Source of the DNA: an uncultured delta proteobacterium | Lineage (GTDB): Bacteria > Desulfobacterota > Binatia > UBA9968 | Direction of reading: 5' to 3' | Length of the DNA stretch: 64,000 nucleotides | Assembly: GCA_963745035.1 (NCBI GenBank) | Contig: CAVUVW010000013.1 | Span: 1,184,001 to 1,248,000 of the forward strand | Shown here: positions 1-10,424 of the stretch, one piece after another | Numbering within the stretch: the stretch's first letter is position 1 | Layout of the letters: every line of letters begins with the position of its first letter | The notes under the pieces: model-generated | Seen by the model: the letters and a program-made list of their open reading frames with translations, nothing else | Database searches by the model: none | Told to the model about the DNA's origin: nothing | Program-made: the position numbers and the translations under genes

Positions 1-192
1 TTTCTACGAGTTTTATAACACTTGATCCCCACCGCCGCAAAACTGCCGTCGTCGAGCTAAGCGGTGCGATGACTGCATAGGCGACCGCGCCGAAGAGTGG
101 CGCGCCCCGCCTAACCAAACTTCGTGTTCTTTGCGCCTCCTTGGAAAGTACGGGTGCCGAACTGGAGCAGCCGGCAGGTAGAGGTTGGGTTC

Positions 193-298
193 CGTCATAC
201 CCGCGATTCGAAAGCATGCTTTCGCGAAAGCGGGGGCGGGTATCCAGGCTAATTCGGCCGGGAACGAACCTGGACTCCCTAAATTCACGGGAATGACG
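193..298. repeat. REP-like palindromic element pair (GTCAT[T/A]CCCGCG...GCGGG[A/T]ATCCA family)
   Basis: CGTCATACCCGCGA...GCGGGTATCCAGG followed by an inverted partner CCTGGACTCCC...CACGGGAATGACG; a related half-copy is at 58892-58925. Confidence 0.7.
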
Positions 299-465
299 CG
301 TCGCGGGAGAATCGTGCTGTGCGAACCCTTATCTTCATTACCTGCGGGCGAGCGTAAGCTCATGGATCACTTCGTGATAGGTCTTCCCGTTTCGGATTTC
401 TTTCGACTTTGCCGCTCCGCCAGCTTCAAGCCGTTGCGACAACCTGTTAGAGTGAAAGCCATCCA

Positions 466-2331
466 ATGAGCGGTAAATCACGGCTCAAAAATCTTCTCGC
501 GACCCTGCTGATCGGGCTCACCCTCGGCGCCAGCGCGACCGCGGCCTTGACCGCCTGGACCGGCGGCGTTTCGGCGCAGTCCCAGGAGGCGACCGGCGAG
601 CTTGAGCGGCACGCCCAATATCTCGCCTCCGAAACTCTCACCGGCAGAGGCGTTGACACACCGGGCATCAAGCTCGCGCGTGACTACATCGCCGCGGAAT
701 TCGCCAAGTACGGACTGCGGCCCGGCGGAGACAGTGGCGGCTATCTCCAAAGTTTCGACGTCGCGGTCGGCGTCAAAGTAAAGCAGCCGAGCAGCCTGTG
801 GCTGGTCCAAGAAGAGCCGCTGCCTTTGGATGAACAATGGACGCCGCTCGGGCTCTCGACCTCGGGCAAAGTCCAAGCCGAGATGGTGTTCGTCGGCTAC
901 GGCGTCACCGCCAAAGAGCACGGCTACGACGACTATGCGGGCGTCGACGTGAACGGCAAGATTGCGCTGGTACTGCGCTACGAGCCGCCGCCCACGGCCG
1001 CCGGCAGCCCATTCAAGAAATACCCCGAGTACTCGATCCATTCCGCGCTCCGCACCAAAGCCAACAACGCGCGCGTTCACGGCGCTGCAGGGATGATTCT
1101 GGTCGATCTGCACAATTCCGGCGGCGCGCAGGAATTGCTCTCGACCCGCACGAGCTTGTGGCGCGGCGGCAGGAGTCTGGTCGCGGCGCAAGTCAAGCGC
1201 GCCGTGATCGAAAAACGGCTGGCCGGCGTCGGCGTCTCGCTCACCGGCCTCAAGGAAAAAATCGACCGAGGCGCAAAGCCGGCGTCGATGGCGCTCGGCG
1301 CGAGCGCGGCGCTGGAGGTCACTTTGGAGGAAGTCCGCGAGCGCGCCGACAATGTCGTCGCCGTGCTGCCCGGCGGCGAGCCGCGGCTCGCCGAAGAAAA
1401 CATCGTCATCGGCGCGCACTACGATCATCTAGGCCACGGCCACTTCGGCGCGCTCGACACAAAAGCCGCGGGTACCATCCATCCCGGCGCCGACGACAAC
1501 GCTTCGGGAACCGCCGTCCTGCTCGATCTGGCGCGCCGCTTGGCCCAAGCGCCGATCCGGCCGGCGCGCACGATCGTCTTCGTCGCATTTTCCGGGGAGG
1601 AGTTGGGACTTTACGGCTCGCGCCACTTCGTCGAACGCGCCCGATGGATTTCCTCGACCAAAGCCATGTTGAACCTCGATATGGTCGGCCGCTTGCGCGA
1701 CCGGGTAACCGTCTTTGGCGCGCGCTCGGGCCAGGATTTCAGCCGGCTTGTAAGCGCTGCGGCGGCGCGGCTCGGCCTGGACCTGAATGAGTCCGACGAC
1801 GTTGGCCGCAGCGATCATCTATCGTTCTACAACAAGCAGATTCCCGTGCTGCATTTTTTTACCGGCATCCACGGCGACTATCATCGGTCCAGCGATACCG
1901 CGGACAAGCTCAATTACGCGGGTATGGCAAAAGTGAGCGACTTGGTCATGGCTACGGCTCTTGGACTCGCCAACAAGAACGAATCGCTCCAGTTCGTCAG
2001 CCTGCCGTCCCGTACGCCAAGAGATCGGCCCGGCGACACTACAGGTCTCAATGTCTATCTCGGAAGTATCCCCGAGTACGGCGCTGACATTCCCGGTGTC
2101 CAGCTTGCCGGGGTCGTAGACGGCAGTCCCGCCGCCCGCGCCGGCCTGCGCACCGGCGATGTAATCATCCGGTTGGCAAGCGTCCGGATACAGAACATCG
2201 AGGACCTGACCACCGCCCTGGGAGCGCGGAAGCCCGGGGATGAGGTGGAAATCGTCGCTCTACGCGCCGGCGCAGAGGTAAGTCTCAAAGCCACGTTGCA
2301 GTCGCGCCCGCAGCGTGGCGGCCGGAGTTAA
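466..2331 (+). CDS. Secreted M28-family aminopeptidase with PA and C-terminal PDZ domains
   Basis: Signal-peptide-like N-terminus; GAHYDH, GADDNASG, FSGEE, NLDMVGR, RSDH and YH motifs; PDZ-like YLGSIP...GSPAARAGLRTGDVI. Confidence 0.92.
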   Translation: MSGKSRLKNLLATLLIGLTLGASATAALTAWTGGVSAQSQEATGELERHAQYLASETLTGRGVDTPGIKLARDYIAAEFAKYGLRPGGDSGGYLQSFDVAVGVKVKQPSSLWLVQEEPLPLDEQWTPLGLSTSGKVQAEMVFVGYGVTAKEHGYDDYAGVDVNGKIALVLRYEPPPTAAGSPFKKYPEYSIHSALRTKANNARVHGAAGMILVDLHNSGGAQELLSTRTSLWRGGRSLVAAQVKRAVIEKRLAGVGVSLTGLKEKIDRGAKPASMALGASAALEVTLEEVRERADNVVAVLPGGEPRLAEENIVIGAHYDHLGHGHFGALDTKAAGTIHPGADDNASGTAVLLDLARRLAQAPIRPARTIVFVAFSGEELGLYGSRHFVERARWISSTKAMLNLDMVGRLRDRVTVFGARSGQDFSRLVSAAAARLGLDLNESDDVGRSDHLSFYNKQIPVLHFFTGIHGDYHRSSDTADKLNYAGMAKVSDLVMATALGLANKNESLQFVSLPSRTPRDRPGDTTGLNVYLGSIPEYGADIPGVQLAGVVDGSPAARAGLRTGDVIIRLASVRIQNIEDLTTALGARKPGDEVEIVALRAGAEVSLKATLQSRPQRGGRS

Positions 2332-2460
2332 ACTTAAAAAGCGCTTCCGAAGCCGCCTTTGAAGCCGCGCAATTGGCGCATTTGGCAAATAATGCTCGCA
2401 GGTAATCCCGTGTTATGTTAATGTCTTGCAAGCGGTGAAGGCCAAGGAGGTGCGCCGTCG

Positions 2461-3069
2461 ATGATCAAGCTCTATACGTTTCCGCCATCTACCAATTCGC
2501 GCAAGGTCAGAATCGTTCTTTTGGAAAAGGGATTGGAGTTCGAGCGGATTAACGTTGATCTTACAAAAAGGGAACAAAAGAACCCAGAATATCTGAAAAT
2601 TCACCCTTTTGGGCAGGTTCCCGCCTTGGATGACGAAGGATTTGTTTTATACGACTCGACGGTCATAAACGAATACTTGGAAGACGAATATCCCTACCCG
2701 TCCCTGATGCCCGCCGATTCCGAAGGCAGAGCCCGCGTGCGCCTGTTGGAAGACTTTCGCGACAGCCATTTCAATCCGTACTGCGTCCACATCATTTACG
2801 AAACGCGCAAGCCCGAGGGCGAGCGCGATGGGCAGCGCATCGACAATGCCAAAGCGCAAATCGCCGCCGCCTTCGACCGCCTCGAAAGCGAGCTTCAAGG
2901 CAAGGAGTACCTGGCGGGAACTTTCAGCCTCGCCGATATCGCTTTCATGGCGAACTTTGATTTTCTGGACCGCTTCGCGATCACCGTGGACGCCGGCAAA
3001 CACAAAAATACCGCCGCCTGGATCGCTCGTCTCAAAGCGCGGCCCAGCTATGCCGCCTCCGCCACATGA
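2461..3069 (+). CDS. Glutathione S-transferase family protein
   Basis: HPFGQVPAL, LYDSTVINEYL and FSLADI motifs; AAGGAGGT RBS upstream. Confidence 0.93.
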   Translation: MIKLYTFPPSTNSRKVRIVLLEKGLEFERINVDLTKREQKNPEYLKIHPFGQVPALDDEGFVLYDSTVINEYLEDEYPYPSLMPADSEGRARVRLLEDFRDSHFNPYCVHIIYETRKPEGERDGQRIDNAKAQIAAAFDRLESELQGKEYLAGTFSLADIAFMANFDFLDRFAITVDAGKHKNTAAWIARLKARPSYAASAT

Positions 3070-3078
3070 CGGGGCCGA

Positions 3079-3789
3079 ATGCCCTGGAGTCTGATCCTCG
3101 CCTGGCTTGTCCACCTCTATACCGCCCTCGGCGTCATCATCGGCTTCATATCGGTTCTCAGCATCGAACAAGGTGATTTCCGCAGCGCCTTCTTTTTGAT
3201 GGCGTTGGCCGTCGCCTTGGACGCCACCGACGGCTTTTTCGCCCGCGCGGCGCGAGTGAAGGAAGTGATCCCCTGGTTCGACGGCGAAACCCTGGATAAT
3301 ATCGTCGACTACTTCAATTACGTCATCGTCCCCTCTCTTCTGCTTTTCCGCGCCAACCTGCTCCCGCTCGATGATGCGCTGTGGCTCGCCATGCTGCCGC
3401 TTCTCGCCAGCGCCTATGGCTTTGCGCAAAAGAACGCCAAGACGGCCGACCATTTCTTTCTCGGCTTTCCGTCATACTGGAACATCGTCGTATTCTACCT
3501 CTACATTCTCAAGGTCCCGCTCTGGCTCAACGCCTTTGTCGTCATCGTCTTGTCGGCGTTGGTGTTCGTGCCGCTGCAATACGTTTACCCGAGCCGCAGC
3601 CCGCGCTTTCGCGCGCAAACCAATGTGCTGGGCGCGCTCTGGGCGGTTACGGTTCTTTATATTATGTATAGACTGCCGGATGCGCCGCGAGGTCTTGTAT
3701 TTGCCTCGCTTTTTTTTCCGGCCTACTATACGGCGCTGTCGTTCTGGCTGGAATATCGGCGCTTGTTTCAATCATCCTCGAGAGGCTAA
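3079..3789 (+). CDS. pcs: CDP-alcohol phosphatidyltransferase, phosphatidylcholine synthase-like
   Basis: DATDGFFAR...LDNIVDY CDP-OH motif; VHLYTA and FLGFPSYWN motifs as in Pcs; hydrophobic. Confidence 0.8.
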   Translation: MPWSLILAWLVHLYTALGVIIGFISVLSIEQGDFRSAFFLMALAVALDATDGFFARAARVKEVIPWFDGETLDNIVDYFNYVIVPSLLLFRANLLPLDDALWLAMLPLLASAYGFAQKNAKTADHFFLGFPSYWNIVVFYLYILKVPLWLNAFVVIVLSALVFVPLQYVYPSRSPRFRAQTNVLGALWAVTVLYIMYRLPDAPRGLVFASLFFPAYYTALSFWLEYRRLFQSSSRG

Positions 3790-3792
3790 TCA

Positions 3793-5241
3793 ATGCGAAT
3801 TTTCATTCCTACCAACTTGAAAGTCCTGATCGTTGTTTTGGTTGTGGCCTTGGGCTCATCATCGACTCTCGGCCAGCCTGGGCCAAGCGCCGGATCGCCC
3901 AAGTACGTTTTTCTCTTTCTCTCCGACGGCGCTGGCATGACGCATCTGGAAGTCGCTCGCCAGTATAGCCGGCAGATCCACAATGAAGGTTTCGCCATAG
4001 TCGACAAAATCATCAAGGAGGGCGTGATCGGCGTGATGACGACTCACGCCGCCGACTCGCTTTCCACGGACTCGGCCGCCGCCGCGACCGCCATGGCCAA
4101 CGGCTGCAAGGCCAACATCGGTGGCCTGGGAATTTGCGCCGATGGCACGATCCCGAGCAGCGCAATGGATTTCGCGAAGCTGCGCGGCATGAACCTCGCT
4201 GTGATTACCACCGCGGCGATTTATGATTCCAGCCCGGCGGCATTTCTCTGCCACGTGCCGAACCGGCGCGACTATCCGGCGATATTGAATCGATATTTGG
4301 ATATGGGTCCAACCGTTCTCATGGGGGGCGGAAAAGATCAGTTCGTGCGCAAGGATGGTCCTGACAACCGCAGCCCCGACAACAACGACATGTTCGCCGC
4401 CTTCCAAAAACAGGGCTACGTTAACGTCAGCAATAAACAGGAACTTGAAAAAGCTGCGCGTAGCAAGGTGCTCGGTCTATTTAGTCAGCGGGATATGCCC
4501 TTCGACCTCGACCGCGACAAGGCGACGGAGCCTTCAATTGCAGACATGACGCGCGCCGCTATCCGGCTGTTGCAGGATCAGAGTCCCAAAGGTTTTTTTG
4601 CCTTTATCGAGTCCGAGAATACCGATAGTGCCAGCCACCTTTCCGACGTTCCAGCGATGATCCACGATTATCGTGAATTCGACCGCGCCGTCGGCATTGC
4701 TTATGAATTCTACCGGAAATATCCGCGTGAAACGCTGATTTTAGTCGCTTCGGACCACGAAACCGGCGGTCTGGGATTTACCCAAGCACTCAAAGACCTG
4801 ACGAGCACCAAGTTTGAGAATCAAGCGGCCGCAACCACGGCCGATTTCAAAAAAATCCAGGGGATCAAAATTTCTTTGCGCAAAGCGACTGAGATACTCG
4901 GCCGCAATCCCACACCGGAGACGGTCGACAAATTGATGCAAGATCACTTCCCCGGCTTTGTCCTCGCGCCGGAGTACAAGGAAGCAATCTTAAAACGCCA
5001 GCCGATTTCGCGCACCCTGTTCAGCGATCCCGTTGCCCAGGCGCTCGGCGCCATGGTGGCGAACAACGTTCAGGCCTACTGGCAAACATCGACCCACACG
5101 AACGCACCCGTCCTCGTGGCCGCCCTCGGCGTCGGCGCCGAACGATTCAAAGGCTATTACGATAACGCCGACTTCGGCGTGAAGCTCAAAGGCCTCTTCG
5201 AAGCGAAGAACAACACAGGTAAGATTTCGCTAAACAAATGA
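3793..5241 (+). CDS. Alkaline phosphatase (PhoA family)
   Basis: Signal peptide; SDGAG, TDSAAAATAM (Ser nucleophile), SDHETGG and STHT motifs. Confidence 0.9.
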   Translation: MRIFIPTNLKVLIVVLVVALGSSSTLGQPGPSAGSPKYVFLFLSDGAGMTHLEVARQYSRQIHNEGFAIVDKIIKEGVIGVMTTHAADSLSTDSAAAATAMANGCKANIGGLGICADGTIPSSAMDFAKLRGMNLAVITTAAIYDSSPAAFLCHVPNRRDYPAILNRYLDMGPTVLMGGGKDQFVRKDGPDNRSPDNNDMFAAFQKQGYVNVSNKQELEKAARSKVLGLFSQRDMPFDLDRDKATEPSIADMTRAAIRLLQDQSPKGFFAFIESENTDSASHLSDVPAMIHDYREFDRAVGIAYEFYRKYPRETLILVASDHETGGLGFTQALKDLTSTKFENQAAATTADFKKIQGIKISLRKATEILGRNPTPETVDKLMQDHFPGFVLAPEYKEAILKRQPISRTLFSDPVAQALGAMVANNVQAYWQTSTHTNAPVLVAALGVGAERFKGYYDNADFGVKLKGLFEAKNNTGKISLNK

Positions 5242-5271
5242 GACGACTTCGCCGGACAGAGACAATCCGTT

Positions 5272-5473
5272 TGTCATTTCGACCTTTGGGAGAAATCTTT
5301 CCTATCCCGCTCGCCTCTCGGACGTACTTGAATCGAATGTTGCCAAGGCACCCTACTAAATCTTCTGTCCTTCGCGCATCGTTCGAAAATAATAGGTAGA
5401 GAAAGATTTCTCACTTCGTTCGAAATGACAGCTGCGTGCGCCTAATTGTCATTTCGAGCGGATGCAGAATCTT
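5272..5473. repeat. Cluster of three REP-like units (TGTCATTTCGA...GAGAAATCTTT family)
   Basis: Units at 5272-5300 (+), 5401-5430 (-) and 5447-5473 (+); same motif recurs near 8.0, 55.1 and 57.8 kb. Confidence 0.8.
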
Positions 5474-5571
5474 CCCTGCCTTTTCACTATCTGTGGGGAG
5501 CGAAGATCTGACTACTTCGTGATGAGATTTTCGGCTCCGTTGATGCGGCGCTACCGTGTTCGCCGTGAATT

Positions 5572-6699
5572 CTATCCCGTTACCGACACGCCGAGCAGCC
5601 AGCCGACGCCGTAAGTAATCAGCGAAGCGAGAAGACCGATGCCGAGCATGCGGAGGCCGCTTACGAGCGGGCCGCGCGCGGTAAAGATTGAAATCAACGC
5701 GCCGACACCGAATAAGGCAAGGCAGCTAAGCACACCGCTCGCAGCCCATGCAGTCGTTCCAGAAGTAACCAGATACGGCAGCACGGGAATGAAGGCACCG
5801 ATCACGAACGCAACAAAAGAGCTGCCGGCCGCCGTCCCGGGCGAGCCGAGCTGCGACGGATCGAGACCCAATTCTTCGCGCGCCAGGGTATCGATGGCGG
5901 TCTTCGGATTGGCGATGATGCGCCGCGCCAGCGATCGCGCCTGGCCCTCGGGTATCCCCTTCGCCTGATAGATGAGCGCCAACTCTTCCTCCTCCTCCTT
6001 CGGCGACATCTCGAGCTCTTGTTTTTCCATAGCGATCTGTTGCTCGAAAAGCTCTCTCTGCGCGCTCACCGAAACGTATTCGCCCGCCGCCATGGAAAAC
6101 GATCCGGCCAGCAATCCGGCAATTCCGGCGAGGAGAATATACTCCGGCCGGGCCTCCGCGCCGACAAAACCCATCACCAGGCTGAAATTGGAAACCAACC
6201 CGTCGTTGATGCCGAAAACCGCAGCGCGGAGGGCACTGCCGCGCGAGGTCAAATGCCAGCGCTCGGTGCCGGCGATCGCTTCGACCCCGCTGCCGCCGCC
6301 CGACATGGCCCAGAGCGTCCGGCTGTGCGCCCGTTCCTCGGCCGGCAAGCCTTCCGCTTCCGGCTGCTGCCGATAGCCGGCCTCGTCCCGCGCTTCGAGG
6401 CTGCTGATAATCGGGATGACTCTCTTCGTGCCAAAGCGCCGCGCCAGCCAGCCGAGCAAGCTCACTCGCGCCGAAGGACGATGAGCCGGCACGTTGCCGC
6501 CGGCCGACTCGATCAACCGCGCCCAACGCTGCGCATGCCGCTCTTCGTTTTGCGCCAGCTTTTCGAAAATCTCGGCGCGCTTGTCATCCTTCTCCGCGGC
6601 CGCCATCGCGCGGTAAAGCGCGATCCCGTCCTTCTCGACGATGTAGTTCGCCCGGTAACGCTCGATGTCTTGTGCCGTGATCGTTTGGGCGTTTGCCAT
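5572..6699 (-). CDS. VIT1/CCC1 iron/manganese transporter with N-terminal rubrerythrin/ferritin-like domain
   Basis: E..Y...NEERH ferritin-like ligands; LRAAVFGINDGLVSN, SMAAGEYVS and AREELG VIT1 motifs; start placed at MANAQ. Confidence 0.88.
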   Translation of the reverse strand: MANAQTITAQDIERYRANYIVEKDGIALYRAMAAAEKDDKRAEIFEKLAQNEERHAQRWARLIESAGGNVPAHRPSARVSLLGWLARRFGTKRVIPIISSLEARDEAGYRQQPEAEGLPAEERAHSRTLWAMSGGGSGVEAIAGTERWHLTSRGSALRAAVFGINDGLVSNFSLVMGFVGAEARPEYILLAGIAGLLAGSFSMAAGEYVSVSAQRELFEQQIAMEKQELEMSPKEEEEELALIYQAKGIPEGQARSLARRIIANPKTAIDTLAREELGLDPSQLGSPGTAAGSSFVAFVIGAFIPVLPYLVTSGTTAWAASGVLSCLALFGVGALISIFTARGPLVSGLRMLGIGLLASLITYGVGWLLGVSVTG

Positions 6700-6942
6700 C
6701 GGAGATCCGCAATTGTTAGCCCCGGTGTAAACTCGAATGGGGCAAGGCGCGTCTTCCCTACTCGGCACAGGTCTTTGCCTTCTCGCCGGACGGGGTTGCG
6801 CCTCGGCGGCGCCTCACCCGCATCATCCGGTTGACGCGCCGTCACACGCTCTCCTTTATCGTATCGACCGAGAGACGCGCCGCCGCTGAGCGATTATTAC
6901 GGCGAAAGCGAAAAAAAAGAAACCGGGTAAAGCGACGGCGCG

Positions 6943-6972
6943 TTGACAGAATCGCTTCGTCCTGCCTAGTCT
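6943..6972 (+). promoter_or_regulatory. Putative sigma-70 promoter of the quinone oxidoreductase gene
   Basis: TTGACA-N18-TAGTCT, then AGGAGG RBS before ATG 7007. Confidence 0.5.
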
Positions 6973-7006
6973 TTCTCGGGAATAAGATCAAAAGGAGGCG
7001 CAAGCG

Positions 7007-7978
7007 ATGAAAGCCGTTCGCATTCATAAATTTGGCGATAGCGAAGATGTCCTCCAGTACGAAGACGTGCCCGTTCCTGAGCCGAAAGCGGGAGAGGTGC
7101 TGATCAAAGTCGAGGCGGCGTCGTTGAATCGCGCCGATTTGAGCTTGCGCAAGGGCGCATATCGCATTTCGCCGGACCAGTTGCCGGTAATTCCGGGACG
7201 GGAGTTCGCCGGCACCGTCGAAAAGCTCGGCGCCAACGTGAACGAATTCAAAGTCGGCGAGCGCGTCGTCGCTTATCCGAGTCTCGGCGGCTACGCGGAG
7301 CGCGCGACGGCGAAAACCACCGAGGTGCGCCCCTTGCCGGACGGCATTACCTTCGCGCAGGGTGCGGCGACGCCGACGGTTTTCCTCACCGCCTGGTTCG
7401 GCTTGTTGACCGACGGCAATCTCAAGTCTGGCGAATGGCTGCTCGCGCAAGGCGGCAGCAGCGGCGTCGGCACGGCGGCGATCCAGATCGCCAAGCACTT
7501 CGGCGCCAAGGTGATCGCCACCACCGGCAGCGAGGAGAAAGCGCGGCGTCTGCGCAAGCTCGGCGCCGACGTCACCATCGACGTCTCGCAAAACGACTTT
7601 CTGCCCGAAGTCATGCGCGTGACCGACAATCGCGGCGTCGATGTTGTGTTGGAAATGATCGGCGGCGAGGTCTATCAAAAGAGTCTTCAAGCGCTTGGTC
7701 CCGGCGGCCGTCTCTTCTCGATCGGCGGCGCGTTCGGCGCGATTCCCGACACGCCGCCCAACCTGGCGGAGGGACGCAAGGCGACGCGTTTTTCCATCAC
7801 CAACTATCTGAAGGCAAAGCCGGAAGATTTTCAAAAGCTCGACGAGATTCTCAAGCTCGTGGCAGAAAAGAAATTCCAGGTGCCCATCGACAAGAGCTTC
7901 CCGCTGGCGCAAACGCGAGAGGCGCAGCGCTATCTCGAGGGGCGCGGGCATTTCGGCAAGGTGATGCTGACGATGTAA
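7007..7978 (+). CDS. NADPH:quinone oxidoreductase (zinc-independent MDR family)
   Basis: SLNRAD, IPGREFAG, GGSSGVGTAAIQIAK and FGKVML motifs. Confidence 0.9.
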   Translation: MKAVRIHKFGDSEDVLQYEDVPVPEPKAGEVLIKVEAASLNRADLSLRKGAYRISPDQLPVIPGREFAGTVEKLGANVNEFKVGERVVAYPSLGGYAERATAKTTEVRPLPDGITFAQGAATPTVFLTAWFGLLTDGNLKSGEWLLAQGGSSGVGTAAIQIAKHFGAKVIATTGSEEKARRLRKLGADVTIDVSQNDFLPEVMRVTDNRGVDVVLEMIGGEVYQKSLQALGPGGRLFSIGGAFGAIPDTPPNLAEGRKATRFSITNYLKAKPEDFQKLDEILKLVAEKKFQVPIDKSFPLAQTREAQRYLEGRGHFGKVMLTM

Positions 7979-7998
7979 GAGAGCCATCTCCAACGTCA

Positions 7999-8085
7999 GA
8001 AAGATTTCTCCCTTTCGGTCGAAATGACAGGGGACCCATTACAACCATTGTCATTTCGAGGGAGCGCCGCAACCGAGAAATCTTT
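7999..8085. repeat. REP-like inverted pair (TGTCATTTCGA family)
   Basis: GAAAGATTTCTCCCTTTCGGTCGAAATGACA and TGTCATTTCGAG...GAGAAATCTTT. Confidence 0.8.
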
Positions 8086-8210
8086 CCTTCGATGAAATGA
8101 AACAACGAGCAACAGACGCACGTCTCTTGCCCTTCTCCTTGTCTCCCGTCTTTTTGTCTGTTTTCCTCCGCTGGTAGCCCGGGTTTTGCCCCTCTGGTAA
8201 AATACGTCGG

Positions 8211-9254
8211 ATGGACAACGCGACGGAAAAGGCGCCGAAGTCTCAGGACGCCGGGCCGGATCTCGCCGCCATGAGCGACGAGCAGCTCTTGCAAACCCGC
8301 ATCTGCGATCTCAAGCTCAAGATTCCCGGCACCGAGCTCGAAGCGCGCATCGAGAAATTCTATTCGGAGCTGGCCGCCAAGGAGATTTCGCTCAAGCCGA
8401 TCTGTTATCTCGGCGACGAATGGTTCTGTCCCGAAGGATCGACCACCATCGCCATTCCTTTTTATCTCGCGCACCCGCGGCTAAAAAAGCTCGAAGAAAA
8501 AATGATGATGGAAGTCGAAGGCGGCACGGAGGCCTGGTGTTTGCGTCTTTTGCGCCATGAGATGGGCCACGTGCTCAATCACGCCTATCTTTTGGAAAAA
8601 GACAAAGGCTGGCAGAAGCTCTTTGGCCCGACTTCGCTGGAATATTCCGAAAGCTTTCGCGCGCGCCCCTACAGCCGCCGCTTCGTGCGCCACCTCGAGG
8701 GCTACTACGCTCAGAGCCATCCCGAAGAAGACTTCGCCGAAACCGTCGCGATCTGGCTCGCGCCCGATCTCGATTGGCGCAAACAGTATCAGGGTTGGAA
8801 AGCTCTGGAGAAGCTCGAGTACGTCGACCAGTTGATGCAGAAACTCGCCGGCAAGCCGCCGCTGGTCTTTTCCAAGGCGCGCATCAGCGACGCCGCGCGC
8901 CTGCGCTCGCGCCTCGAAGCCCACTACAAGCGCCGCCGCCGACTCTACGCACAGGAGTTTCCCGATTTTTTCGACGCCGATCTCAAAAAACTATTCGTCG
9001 AGCCCGCCGCGGCGCCGAGCGGGGAACGGGCGGCGGTGTTCCTGCGCCGGTCGAACAAATTGATTCTCAACGCCGTCTCGGCGTGGACGGGCGAGCCGAA
9101 GTTCACCATCAACCGCGTTTTGCGCGCGCTCACCGAGCGCTGCGCCGAGCTCGACCTCCGGCTCAAGGCGGAGTCGGCGGCCATCGAGATTTCCGCCTAT
9201 CTGGCCACTCTCGCGGCGCATTATCGGCTGACGGGAAAATTCAAGGATTCCTGA
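8211..9254 (+). CDS. Putative zinc-binding metallopeptidase (Peptidase_Mx-like)
   Basis: HEMGH zincin motif and downstream YAQSHPEEDFAET; no signal peptide. Confidence 0.8.
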   Translation: MDNATEKAPKSQDAGPDLAAMSDEQLLQTRICDLKLKIPGTELEARIEKFYSELAAKEISLKPICYLGDEWFCPEGSTTIAIPFYLAHPRLKKLEEKMMMEVEGGTEAWCLRLLRHEMGHVLNHAYLLEKDKGWQKLFGPTSLEYSESFRARPYSRRFVRHLEGYYAQSHPEEDFAETVAIWLAPDLDWRKQYQGWKALEKLEYVDQLMQKLAGKPPLVFSKARISDAARLRSRLEAHYKRRRRLYAQEFPDFFDADLKKLFVEPAAAPSGERAAVFLRRSNKLILNAVSAWTGEPKFTINRVLRALTERCAELDLRLKAESAAIEISAYLATLAAHYRLTGKFKDS

Positions 9255-9257
9255 TTC

Positions 9258-10277
9258 ATGGTCAGAGCCCGAAAGCGCCACAAGGTTCTCGTTCTTTTCG
9301 ACACCGCCGGAACGCCGCCGGCGGATCAGGATTTTACCAAGGAGTTAAAAACCGACGACTGGGCCGCCGAAGCCCACGTGATCGCCGCGCTGCAGCAGCT
9401 CGGCCACGAAGTGCGCACCATCGGCGTGTGGGACGAGCCCGGCATGATCATCGACGAGATCAAAGCCAATCCGCCCGACGTGGTCTTCAATTTAACCGAG
9501 CATTTCAACGAGGTCTCCGCCTACGATCGCAACGTTGCCGGCCTGCTCGAGATGATGGGCGTGCCCTACACGGGATCGAGCCCGACGGGATTGACCCTGT
9601 GCAAGAACAAGGGAATGGCCAAGGAACTGCTCGCCTACCACAAGATACGTGTGCCCAACTTCGCGCTCTTTTCGCCGAAGGCGACGATTAAGAAGCCGCC
9701 GCGCCTCAAATTTCCGCTGTTCATCAAGCCCGCCGAGGAAGAGGCGTCCTACGGCATCTCGCAGGACTCCTTCGTCGAGACCGAAGAGGCGCTCGAAGAG
9801 CGGATTCGCTTCATCCACGAGCGTATGAACCAAACCGCCTTGGCCGAGGAATATATCGAAGGAAGGGAAATTTACGTCAGCCTCATCGGCAACGAGCGCC
9901 TCCAAGTCTTGCCGCTCCGGGAGGTGATCTTCACCGAAGTTCCCGCGGACCAGCCAAAATTCTCCACATTCAAAGCCAAGTGGGACGACGCCTACCGTAA
10001 ACGCTGGGGCATCCAGAACGTCTTCGCCGAACCGTTTCCCGACGGCACCGTTCAGCGCATCGGCAAGATCTGCAAGGCCGTCTATCGCGCCCTGCGCATT
10101 CACGGCTACGGTCGCATCGACTTGAGAGTGACACCGGAAGACGAGGTCGTAATTCTCGAAGCCAATCCCAACCCCAACCTGGACCGCGACGACGAGTTCG
10201 CGCAATCCGCGATCAAGGCCGGCCTCACCTACGAGCGCATGATCCAGCGGATTCTGCGCTTGGCGCTGTCCCGGTAA
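9258..10277 (+). CDS. ATP-grasp ligase, D-Ala-D-Ala ligase-like but divergent
   Basis: VPYTGS, FPLFIKP..EEASYGI, EEYIEGREI, YGRIDLR and LEANPNP motifs; starts 3 nt after the peptidase stop. Confidence 0.85.
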   Translation: MVRARKRHKVLVLFDTAGTPPADQDFTKELKTDDWAAEAHVIAALQQLGHEVRTIGVWDEPGMIIDEIKANPPDVVFNLTEHFNEVSAYDRNVAGLLEMMGVPYTGSSPTGLTLCKNKGMAKELLAYHKIRVPNFALFSPKATIKKPPRLKFPLFIKPAEEEASYGISQDSFVETEEALEERIRFIHERMNQTALAEEYIEGREIYVSLIGNERLQVLPLREVIFTEVPADQPKFSTFKAKWDDAYRKRWGIQNVFAEPFPDGTVQRIGKICKAVYRALRIHGYGRIDLRVTPEDEVVILEANPNPNLDRDDEFAQSAIKAGLTYERMIQRILRLALSR

Positions 10278-10424
10278 CTGCGTTCCGGCGTATCCTACCT
10301 GCCGAAGTCTACCGCGCTTCGTTTGATCACTCTGATCATGTTTCACCTCCTGAGCCAAATGTCCTCCCGAACTTCCGCCGCGGGTCTTCGCTGCCACGCG
10401 GTATCTCGATGTGATCCAGCCGGA

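Noticed and set aside
1-190. Possible gene end or small ORF at the window start
   Set aside because: No recognisable motif, and too little context to support a call.
9258-10277. Calling the ATP-grasp gene ddl
   Set aside because: It lacks the Ddl N-terminal GG.S.E motif and cell-wall gene context, and is coupled to a peptidase.
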